Source of the DNA: Candidatus Saccharimonadales bacterium
GTDB taxonomy: Bacteria; Patescibacteriota; Saccharimonadia; Saccharimonadales; JBBQAJ01
DNA: 64,000 bases
Assembly (NCBI GenBank): GCA_038316195.1
Contig: JBBQAJ010000004.1
Coordinates: 5,199 to 69,198 of the forward strand
Reading direction: 5' to 3'
Position 1 is the first letter of the stretch. Every line of letters starts with the position of its first letter. A model generated the notes under the pieces. The model was not told the DNA's origin and did no database searches. It worked only from the letters and a program-made list of their open reading frames with translations. Below are positions 36,453-44,511 of the stretch, in pieces. Made by a program: the position numbers and the translations under genes.

Positions 36453-38642
36453 ATGGCGAGCGTTACAATTGTTTCAAATAGGTTACCGATTAGTGTTAAA
36501 AAGATCGGTGACAGACTAGAATTCTATCCAAGTTCGGGTGGGCTAGCGACTGGTTTGGCTAGTTATACTGAAGACAGTAATAATAAATGGGTTGGTTGGC
36601 CAGGAATTGTTACTGATGATTTGACAGATTCTGAAATGGAACAAATAAGTAGCGAACTTGCCATGTCAAACTGCTACCCAGTTTTTCTTTCGCAAAAAGA
36701 TATAGATGATTATTATAACGGTTATAGCAACAGTATTTTGTGGCCATTTTTCCATAACATGTCGTTTGTTGAGGAAAATCATAACAAGCTCTGGAATGTT
36801 TACATGCGCGTTAATCAGCTTTTCGCAGAAATAGTCCTAGGTTTAAGTGAGCCCGAAAGTACCATATGGGTTCATGATTACCAGTTAATGCTTGTACCTG
36901 AAATTCTACGGCAGGAAAGACCATATAATTTAGTGGGATTTTTCCTACATATTCCTTTTCCAGAGAGTCATACATTCAAAAAGCTGCCTCATGCTAAAAG
37001 TATTTTGAAGGGTATTTTAGGATCAGACCTAATCGGCTTTCATACTGACACTTATGTTCAGGATTTTCTAGACTCTTGTAAGTTGTCTAATATTGGTAAA
37101 CGTTCAGGGAGTGATTTATTGGTGGGTGGTAGGGCAGTTAAAGTTACAGATTTTCCGTTGGGAATCGACTATACTAAATTTTCTAAAGCAGGGAAGTCAG
37201 ATGAAGTCAAAAAAAGAGTTAAATCATTTAAGAAAATTTATGGTCGCAGACGAAAAATTATATTAACAGTTGATAGGCTGGATCCTACAAAAGGTCTTGT
37301 AGAGAGATTATTGGCGTACCAAGATCTATTAAAAACCAAGAAAAAAATGCGAAAAAAAGTTGTCATGGTTATGTTGGCAATTCCTTCAAGATCAGAAATA
37401 GCTACGTATAAAAAACTTAAAAATGATGTCGAAAAGTTAGTAATTGAAATAAACGATACATATGGCACCAGACGCTGGCAGCCAGTTCATTACATGTATA
37501 AAACGGTTTCATTTGAGAAGTTAGCGGCAATGTACAGAATGGCTGACGTAGCATTTATAGCACCAATTAAAGACGGCATGAACCTAGTGGCAAAAGAATA
37601 TATCGCAAGTCATTCAGAAATGCAGGGTGTTTTGATATTAAGTGAAACAGCCGGTGCAGCTAATGAACTCACAGCTGCGCTTTTGGTAAACCCAAATAGA
37701 CCAAAATCTATGGTTGACGGGTTGTCAAAAGCGATAACAATGTCACCAAACGAACTCAAGAAACGTGTAAAAGACATGCGACACAAGCTTGCAACAAATA
37801 CAGTACATCATTGGAAAAGAGCTTTTATGGGTGCTTTAGAATCATCTCATTTAGATATGAACGTGCGAACAAAACAACTCTCAAACGGAAATCTTACACA
37901 AATGATCAAAGAATTTCACGAAGCCAAAAATCCATCAATTCTAATAGATTACGACGGTGTATTAGTAAATTATTTTGATAATCCTGACGATGCTAGACCA
38001 AGTCCTCGAATTTTAAATCTACTTAAGAAGCTCGCTAATATAACCACAGGTGGAGTTATGATTATTAGTGGTAGAAGCAAAAACGATCTAGAAAAATGGT
38101 TAGGAAACTTGCCCATAACTTTAGCTGCAGAACACGGAGCAATTCAAAGAGCAAGTAAGCTAAAGCCATGGATTAAAGTTACAAACGTATCGCCATCCTG
38201 GAAAGCAATTATAAAACCGACATTACAAAAATACGCCGACAAAACTGCCGGTGCATTTGTGGAAGAAAAAGAATGCTCACTGGTATGGCATTACAGAAAT
38301 TCTCCAACCTATTACGCCCAGAAAAATATGACAATTTTACGTCGTGTTTTAGCACCAATCCTAAAAACAATGGGGCTCAAAATATATAGTGGAAATATGA
38401 TACTGGAAATTAAATCACCTTATGCAAACAAAGGTGCTGCAACCAAAGAATGGATAAAACCAATGCATGACTTTATCTTGGCTTTCGGTGATGACTATAC
38501 AGATGAGGATACTTTTACAGTGCTACCTGATAACGCGTATACAGTAAAAGTTGGTAAAGGTAAAACAATGGCAAGGTATCGCGTAAGTAATGTTGAAGAA
38601 GTACATAAAGTCCTGGAAAAATTAGTAAAATCTAAATCATGA
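36453..38642 (+). CDS. bifunctional trehalose-6-phosphate synthase/phosphatase (OtsA-OtsB fusion)
   Basis: N-terminal GT20 domain (VSNRLP...GGLATGL...HDYQLMLVP) fused to a HAD phosphatase domain (ILIDYDGVL...GDDYTDED). 729 aa. Confidence 0.88.
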   Translation: MASVTIVSNRLPISVKKIGDRLEFYPSSGGLATGLASYTEDSNNKWVGWPGIVTDDLTDSEMEQISSELAMSNCYPVFLSQKDIDDYYNGYSNSILWPFFHNMSFVEENHNKLWNVYMRVNQLFAEIVLGLSEPESTIWVHDYQLMLVPEILRQERPYNLVGFFLHIPFPESHTFKKLPHAKSILKGILGSDLIGFHTDTYVQDFLDSCKLSNIGKRSGSDLLVGGRAVKVTDFPLGIDYTKFSKAGKSDEVKKRVKSFKKIYGRRRKIILTVDRLDPTKGLVERLLAYQDLLKTKKKMRKKVVMVMLAIPSRSEIATYKKLKNDVEKLVIEINDTYGTRRWQPVHYMYKTVSFEKLAAMYRMADVAFIAPIKDGMNLVAKEYIASHSEMQGVLILSETAGAANELTAALLVNPNRPKSMVDGLSKAITMSPNELKKRVKDMRHKLATNTVHHWKRAFMGALESSHLDMNVRTKQLSNGNLTQMIKEFHEAKNPSILIDYDGVLVNYFDNPDDARPSPRILNLLKKLANITTGGVMIISGRSKNDLEKWLGNLPITLAAEHGAIQRASKLKPWIKVTNVSPSWKAIIKPTLQKYADKTAGAFVEEKECSLVWHYRNSPTYYAQKNMTILRRVLAPILKTMGLKIYSGNMILEIKSPYANKGAATKEWIKPMHDFILAFGDDYTDEDTFTVLPDNAYTVKVGKGKTMARYRVSNVEEVHKVLEKLVKSKS

Positions 38643-39046
38643 AAACATTTTATGTTGGTGTTAAGGGGGTGATTGTACAAAATAGCAAAGTATTGCTTGT
38701 TCGAAGTAATCCTAATCATGAAAATAGTGGAGATAGATGGGAAATGCCAGGTGGACGTATGGACAATAACGAATCGATCGAACAAACATTACGTCGTGAA
38801 CTTTCTGAAGAATTATTGAATATCGCAGATATAAAAATCGATAAATTGTTAGGTGTTCATCGGGTGCACAAAGACGTAAGTGGTGAAATAAGCTTAGTAC
38901 TGATCTACTACAAAGTTACAGCAAAATTTGATAGTGAACCAAAATTAAGCATAGAGCATACTGAATATAAATGGGCAGACAAAACAAGCATTTTGCAGCT
39001 AGTCCCAGACGCAAGTCAGGTTTCAATACTCAAAGCTTTAAACTAA
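38639..39046 (+). CDS. NUDIX hydrolase
   Basis: Nudix box GGRMDNNESIEQTLRRELSEEL. The start overlaps the upstream stop (ATGA). Confidence 0.85.
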   Translation: MKTFYVGVKGVIVQNSKVLLVRSNPNHENSGDRWEMPGGRMDNNESIEQTLRRELSEELLNIADIKIDKLLGVHRVHKDVSGEISLVLIYYKVTAKFDSEPKLSIEHTEYKWADKTSILQLVPDASQVSILKALN

Positions 39047-39096
39047 TTGTAATTATGACCATAATGTGGTATTATTAGTAAGTTATTTGAGGAATT

Positions 39097-39663
39097 ATGA
39101 AATACGGAATTACGGTTTTAGTTATAACGTTCTTAGCCATTGTTGGTGTTATTATTTTGATGGGCAGTGGTAATAACAAAAAAACTAGTTCAATTCCTCG
39201 GAATACTGTATTAGCACAGTATGGCGACAAAGATACGTCAAGTGTTAGTTGGACAGATTATGGTCGTTTAGTAGGTGATGATCAGCGAAAAGCTATCAGA
39301 GTAACGGTAACTAAAAATAAAAGAACCGTAGAGCTGCTTAGCAATTATGACGAACATATTGAGAAAAGCACTGAGTACATCAATAGTCCAAAAGCATATG
39401 AGTCTTTTATGCTGGCACTAGATAATATCAACTTCGGAAAAGAACGCAACGTCGCCAAGCCTGACGATCGTGGAATGTGTCCAGTTGGATATGTTTTCGT
39501 ATACAGACTAACAGATACGGGTTCAGAAATTATGCGCACATGGTCAGATACTTGTAATAGATCCGATGGGCCATATGGTGGGATTTCGGCAGCATTAATT
39601 GGCAAACTTTTTCAAGCACAAATTACTGATTACAATGCATTTGTAAACGGTGTAAAGCTTTAA
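39097..39663 (+). CDS. hypothetical membrane-anchored/secreted protein
   Basis: N-terminal TM or signal anchor (ITVLVITFLAIVGVIILM). GAGGA SD upstream. No known motif recognised. Confidence 0.55.
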   Translation: MKYGITVLVITFLAIVGVIILMGSGNNKKTSSIPRNTVLAQYGDKDTSSVSWTDYGRLVGDDQRKAIRVTVTKNKRTVELLSNYDEHIEKSTEYINSPKAYESFMLALDNINFGKERNVAKPDDRGMCPVGYVFVYRLTDTGSEIMRTWSDTCNRSDGPYGGISAALIGKLFQAQITDYNAFVNGVKL

Positions 39664-39690
39664 ATTCACACTATCTGTTAGAGTAATAAA

Positions 39691-40254
39691 GTGATAAAAG
39701 CTATTATTTTTGATTTTTTTGGTGTCATCTGTTCAGATGAGTATTGGCGTTTTGTAAAACTTGATAGGCAAACTAATTCCGTTTTCCATGAATTCGCAGA
39801 TGAAGTCAATCTAGGTGATATACCTTGGCAAGTTTTTGTACAAAAAATTGCGCTTGCTACAGGTAGTTCCGTAGAAAAGGTAAATAATATGTACGAGGCC
39901 GAGCAATTAGATCCAAGAGTCATTGGGCTTATCCAGGAACTCCACAAGACATACAAAATAGCGCTTTTAACAAACGCACATCATGATTTTATTGACGAAA
40001 TTTTAAAAACTAATAATCTAAGTAGACTGTTTGATGAAGTAATTGTATCCTCACGTGTTGGGGTTATAAAACCAAATCCAATAATATTCGAAAAAGCATT
40101 GGAAAAGCTTGGTGTGCTTGCAGAGGATGTGGTCTACATAGATGATCTTGATAGACATGTTCAAGCAGCAAAAGTAGTTGGCATGAAAAGCCTTCAATAT
40201 ATAAGTTTTGAACAGTGCCAACATGATTTAGCCAAAATATTATCTCATTCCTGA
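39691..40254 (+). CDS. HAD-family hydrolase
   Basis: GTG start. Motif I reads IIFDFFGVI (D-x-F rather than D-x-D). LTNA, and IDDLDRH as motif IV. Confidence 0.75.
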   Translation: MIKAIIFDFFGVICSDEYWRFVKLDRQTNSVFHEFADEVNLGDIPWQVFVQKIALATGSSVEKVNNMYEAEQLDPRVIGLIQELHKTYKIALLTNAHHDFIDEILKTNNLSRLFDEVIVSSRVGVIKPNPIIFEKALEKLGVLAEDVVYIDDLDRHVQAAKVVGMKSLQYISFEQCQHDLAKILSHS

Positions 40255-40358
40255 CGTTAAATAGGTTGTGTTTATGTTTAATTTAACAAATTTTCGTAAT
40301 TCTTGACATAAGCGTTTATAATGAAAGCTAGCATACAAATATAAACAAAGGTATAAAA

Positions 40359-40685
40359 ATGACAGTCGTCGAAAGCTCACACTTCGAATACACTTACGGT
40401 AATAGTGCTGAATTAGCAGATCCAGAACAAGATGCAGAGGCAGATGCTCAATTAGAATATTTCCATGATCAATTAGTGTGGCATAGTTTAAATACCAGAA
40501 GTGATTTTATCAAAGGAATCGGAGCTTTTGATGATGATCCAATAACGAAAGAAGCATTGTTGCAAGAACGAGCACAAGCGTTAGTAGATGGCATTAATAG
40601 TGGTGAAATTCCCATAAGAAAAGAAGAACTAAGGCCAGCCGTACCATTTGCTGGAAGGACAGCACTTCGTTTAGTTCATTCGTAA
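40359..40685 (+). CDS. hypothetical acidic protein
   Basis: 108-aa ORF. No motif recognised. Confidence 0.45.
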   Translation: MTVVESSHFEYTYGNSAELADPEQDAEADAQLEYFHDQLVWHSLNTRSDFIKGIGAFDDDPITKEALLQERAQALVDGINSGEIPIRKEELRPAVPFAGRTALRLVHS

Positions 40686-40686
40686 T

Positions 40687-40926
40687 TCAGTTTATCCTAA
40701 TTATTAATCGCTTTTTAGTTTGACATAGTTCTTGTAATTCATGCAGTCGCAGCCTTACTGTGCCTGCAAGGGAGGCTCCATTAAGGGCTATAATTATCTG
40801 TCTCTGGTTGGTAGAAATCTGGCAGTCTGCTTGATAATTTTCATGTAGAAAAGTTCGAATTACAAGAATCTCAGACGGTTCGCGTAGATTTTTCTTAGCT
40901 AGTACATCTCCTAAAGAATCTGCCAT
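40687..40926 (-). CDS. DUF721/DciA-like small protein (tentative)
   Basis: 79 aa from ATG 40926 (MADSLGDVL...). The pattern IIIALNGASLAGTVRLRLHELQELC...RLIIRI resembles DUF721. TACAAT lies 6 nt upstream. Confidence 0.4.
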   Translation of the reverse strand: MADSLGDVLAKKNLREPSEILVIRTFLHENYQADCQISTNQRQIIIALNGASLAGTVRLRLHELQELCQTKKRLIIRIN

Positions 40927-40932
40927 GCCACT

Positions 40933-40942
40933 ATTGTACAAT
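40933..40942. promoter_or_regulatory. palindrome ATTGTACAAT giving overlapping divergent -10 boxes
   Basis: It reads TACAAT on both strands: 40937-40942 (+), 9 nt before the mutM ATG at 40952, and 40938-40933 (-), 6 nt before the ATG at 40926. Confidence 0.5.
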
Positions 40943-40951
40943 AAGTGGACT

Positions 40952-41845
40952 ATGCCCGAATTGCCAGAAGTAGAAACTATTGTTCGTGGACTAAGCCAAT
41001 TTGTTGTTGGTAAAACTATATCTGCCGTAGATTATGATTGGCACAAATCATTTCCAAATGGTAAAACTGACGTAAATGCCTTTTTGATTGATGCCAAAAT
41101 CATAAATATACATCGAAGGGCAAAAGTATTACTTATAGACCTCTCAACAAAATACACGCTTGTGATTCATTTAAAAATGACTGGACAGTTAGTATATGTT
41201 GCTGACTCAACCGTAAACAAAGCTGAAAAACGTTTTGGGGCTGGACACCCAAGTGTGTCGCTAATTGGTCATCTTCCCGACAAGAGTACAAGAGTAACTT
41301 TTACGTTTTCGGATAATTCAAGATTATTTTTTAATGACCAACGAAAGTTTGGCTGGGTAAAATTATTTCCAACAGTGGAAGTACCAAATATCGATTTTTT
41401 CCGCAAACTTGGTCCAGAGCCTTTGGATACAAATTTTACTAAAATTGCATTCCGACAGCGTATATTTCGAAGACCGAATACAAATATTAAGGCAGCATTA
41501 CTCGACCAAACGGTTATTGCTGGCGTAGGAAATATATATTCAGACGAAAGTCTATGGGGTGCTAAAATTCACCCAACTACAATGGTAAAAAATTTGACCA
41601 GAGCAAATACAGATAAGCTATTTATTGAACTTCGATTTGTCCTGAACTTAGCAATTGAAAAAGGTGGTTCTACAGATAGGAATTATGTAAACGCAGAAGG
41701 CAAACGTGGAAGCTACATGGATTTTGCAAGAGTTTTTCGACGCGAAAACCTGACGTGTCCCAGATGTGGATCAATTATAGTCAAAACTAGAGTAGCCTAC
41801 CGAGGCACACATACTTGCCCCACGTGCCAAAAGTTGACAAAATAG
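40952..41845 (+). CDS. mutM: formamidopyrimidine-DNA glycosylase
   Basis: N-terminus MPELPEVE (catalytic Pro2), H2TH region and a C-terminal zinc finger CPRCG-x16-CPTCQ. The ORF track start at 40925 adds 9 non-canonical residues. Confidence 0.92.
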   Translation: MPELPEVETIVRGLSQFVVGKTISAVDYDWHKSFPNGKTDVNAFLIDAKIINIHRRAKVLLIDLSTKYTLVIHLKMTGQLVYVADSTVNKAEKRFGAGHPSVSLIGHLPDKSTRVTFTFSDNSRLFFNDQRKFGWVKLFPTVEVPNIDFFRKLGPEPLDTNFTKIAFRQRIFRRPNTNIKAALLDQTVIAGVGNIYSDESLWGAKIHPTTMVKNLTRANTDKLFIELRFVLNLAIEKGGSTDRNYVNAEGKRGSYMDFARVFRRENLTCPRCGSIIVKTRVAYRGTHTCPTCQKLTK

Positions 41846-41862
41846 GCAAAACAAGTTACTAT
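41834..41862 (+). promoter_or_regulatory. promoter TTGACA-N17-TACTAT, 7 nt before ATG 41870 (leaderless)
   Basis: TTGACA 41834-41839 lies inside the mutM 3' end. TACTAT is at 41857-41862. Confidence 0.55.
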
Positions 41863-41869
41863 ATGTAAT

Positions 41870-43042
41870 ATGGTAGATCCAAAAGAAATAAGAAATCAAA
41901 ATATACCTTCGTTTGAGCTGGTCAGTGATGCGTATAGTGATGTTGTAATGCATAACAAAAGTCACACTGGATTCGGAGGTATATTTGGTGCATTAATAGG
42001 TGGCTCTCTTGAAGGTGCAGACGTAATTGGTGCTGTAGATGATGGTACCTCTGATGATATATACAAGAAAATAGGAGATAAGCTTAAGGAGCGTGTCTTA
42101 GAGGGAGAGATGAACGCCGAGTTGCAGGATATGTTTCATGCAGATAAATTTATTCGTGTCGGTCTGAGAATAGTACCAAGTGGGAGTCACATGGAAGACG
42201 GTGCAGGAAACCGAGTATCTAGTAATGGTTTAAAACTTTTAGTTGAAAATACACAACTTTTTGCAGATTTCTTAGAATCAACATCTCCTGAAGAAGCGCA
42301 AACTCAAGAAGGATCTGAACTCCTTATGGATGCAGCAACAAGCATTGATCGTACGATTAAAAGTTTTGTCGGTAGTGATGATGCACATCATGATTTAGGG
42401 ATAGATATAGATGTTGCAAATGAAATTCACGAAAATGCACTAAGAAGTTGGGATGAGTTATCTGATGAGTACAAAAGATTGGGTTATTCTTCAGATGCAA
42501 TACGTGAAAAACTCGCACAAGTTGATATTGAAGATGCTAATAGCTTAAAGCGTCAGTTACAAATATTAGGTGGACTTGAACAATACGTTGAATATTGGGG
42601 TGAAGGCTTACTCCCAGAATTTTTGGAAGCTTGGGAAATGGGTTATATTACCCCAGAGGAAGAGTACTATGCTTGGCCACCTGCTAGTTGGGCGGAAGAT
42701 ATGCGCCCAGAGGAACTCACCACTAGATGGGAAAAGTCTATGGATTTTATAGATAGTTTAAAGAAAAAGCCAGCAGCACAAGGGTTAGTAAGGATAGTTC
42801 GTAATAATTTACATTTGTCGTTGGATAGTTCGCTGAAACGCATGCAAGAGGGTGAATCAAAAAGTGTACGGCATTATGAAAAAGAGGCCAAAGACTGGAA
42901 AGATAATGGCGAAAAGGATTATGAAATCGTTAGTGATGACGGCATAAAGCTTACTAAACGTAAACCATACGATACATCACTTTATTTTAGGGATAATAAA
43001 ATTGTGCTGGAAACAGCAAAGTTACGTTTCCAACAGATCTAG
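41870..43042 (+). CDS. hypothetical acidic protein (390 aa)
   Basis: Long ORF with its own consensus promoter. No recognisable motif. Confidence 0.55.
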   Translation: MVDPKEIRNQNIPSFELVSDAYSDVVMHNKSHTGFGGIFGALIGGSLEGADVIGAVDDGTSDDIYKKIGDKLKERVLEGEMNAELQDMFHADKFIRVGLRIVPSGSHMEDGAGNRVSSNGLKLLVENTQLFADFLESTSPEEAQTQEGSELLMDAATSIDRTIKSFVGSDDAHHDLGIDIDVANEIHENALRSWDELSDEYKRLGYSSDAIREKLAQVDIEDANSLKRQLQILGGLEQYVEYWGEGLLPEFLEAWEMGYITPEEEYYAWPPASWAEDMRPEELTTRWEKSMDFIDSLKKKPAAQGLVRIVRNNLHLSLDSSLKRMQEGESKSVRHYEKEAKDWKDNGEKDYEIVSDDGIKLTKRKPYDTSLYFRDNKIVLETAKLRFQQI

Positions 43043-43064
43043 TTTAAAGCTATAATCCTATTAG

Positions 43065-43964
43065 ATGTTAATCACACTTACTGGGAATAATTCTTTCCTT
43101 TTGAAAGCTGAACTTAAAAAGCTGGTTGATTTGTTTGTAGAAGAATATTCGAATTTGGGGTTGGATAGGTTAGATGGTGAAGAAGTAGAATATGATCAGA
43201 TTCGGGAAAGTTTGGAAAGTCTACCATTTCTAGCTAGTAAAAAAATGGTTGTATTACGTGTGCCAAGTGCAAATAAAAAATTTATAGAAAAGTTTGAACA
43301 ACTTTTGGATGCTTTACCAGTAACAACGGATCTTATAATACACGAACCCAAGCTAGATAAACGTTCCAGCTACTACAAATATCTCAAAAAAAACACAGAG
43401 TTTAGTGAGTTTAATGAACTTGATAATTATGGACTTTCAAAATGGCTAAACGAAAATGTCGAAATCAGCATTCAAGATGCAAAATATCTATTGGAACGTG
43501 TCGGTCCAAATCAGCAACTACTCAGCAACGAAATTGATAAGCTTACTACTTACAATCCCAAAGTGACTAGAGAGTCTATAGATTTACTGACAGAACCTAA
43601 TCCTAGGAGTACGATTTTTGAACTACTTGACAGTGCATTTGCAGGGGATACAAAACGGATGATGAAACTTTACGATGATCAACGTGCGAATAAGGTGGAA
43701 TCACAACAGATAGTTGCAATGTTGGCTTGGCAATTACACATACTGGCAATCATAAAAACGGCAGGAGAAAAAACTAGCGCACAAATTGCAAGTGAAGCCA
43801 AAGTTAATCCTTTTGTGATTGGCAAGAGCAGAGATATTGCACGAAAAATAACCTTAATAAAATTAAAAAAACTTATAAATGATTTGTCAGAGTTAGATTT
43901 GAAATCAAAAACTTCGACTATAGATGTCGACGAAGCTATCCAAAATTATTTATTGAAAATCTAA
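43065..43964 (+). CDS. holA: DNA polymerase III subunit delta
   Basis: 299 aa. The N-terminus LITLTGNNSFLLKAELKKLV and overall helical pattern are typical of HolA. rpsT is adjacent, as in many bacteria. Confidence 0.65.
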   Translation: MLITLTGNNSFLLKAELKKLVDLFVEEYSNLGLDRLDGEEVEYDQIRESLESLPFLASKKMVVLRVPSANKKFIEKFEQLLDALPVTTDLIIHEPKLDKRSSYYKYLKKNTEFSEFNELDNYGLSKWLNENVEISIQDAKYLLERVGPNQQLLSNEIDKLTTYNPKVTRESIDLLTEPNPRSTIFELLDSAFAGDTKRMMKLYDDQRANKVESQQIVAMLAWQLHILAIIKTAGEKTSAQIASEAKVNPFVIGKSRDIARKITLIKLKKLINDLSELDLKSKTSTIDVDEAIQNYLLKI

Positions 43965-43974
43965 TTAATTCTGT

Positions 43975-44313
43975 TTATTTCTTCTTTACGGGAGATTTCT
44001 TAGCAATGGCTTTCTTAGCAGTTGGTTTTTTAGTAACTGTTTTTTTCGGTTTAACGGTTCCTGAAGTTTTGACACCAGCTTTTTTGGCAGCTGAAGCTAG
44101 TTGTCGTTTTTTTCGAGCAACTTTGTTTTTGTGAAGCAAGCCTTTTTTGCCAGCTTTATCTAGGGCACTTTGAGCTTTGCTGTGGCTGCCACCACTTATG
44201 GATGACTGGAATGATTTTAGTGCAAGCCGTAACGTACGTTTAGTTTTTGCATTTCGAACAGTAGCTTTTCTTGCCACCTTGACGCGTTTTTTGGCAGATT
44301 TGATTATTGGCAT
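43975..44313 (-). CDS. rpsT: 30S ribosomal protein S20
   Basis: MPIIKSAKKRVKVARKATVRNAKTKRTLR... plus a Lys-rich C-terminal extension. AGAGGA SD upstream. Confidence 0.93.
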   Translation of the reverse strand: MPIIKSAKKRVKVARKATVRNAKTKRTLRLALKSFQSSISGGSHSKAQSALDKAGKKGLLHKNKVARKKRQLASAAKKAGVKTSGTVKPKKTVTKKPTAKKAIAKKSPVKKK

Positions 44314-44351
44314 GATTTTTCCTCTAAAATTAATAATTGCTTAGAAGCACA

Positions 44352-44380
44352 ACTATACAGGGGTGAACAGCGTTTGTAAA
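44352..44380 (-). promoter_or_regulatory. rpsT promoter TTTACA-N17-TATAGT
   Basis: On the minus strand, TTTACA is at 44380-44375 and TATAGT at 44357-44352. Confidence 0.5.
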
Positions 44381-44511
44381 GGATAACGAATCACGCTGAG
44401 TGTACTGTATTAAAAAAATAAAACAAAAACAGATTGAGAAGACACAATTTTCTAATTGCTTATTGCTTGTGTTTATGGTAAGATTACAAACAGAGGAACA
44501 AAAAAACAAAA

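Noticed and set aside
40359-40941. Convergent small-gene pair (108 aa and 79-84 aa, 1-nt gap) as a toxin-antitoxin or defence pair.
   Set aside because: The genes are convergent, not co-oriented. Neither has toxin or antitoxin motifs. One looks DUF721-like and the other is an acidic orphan similar in character to the others scattered through the window.
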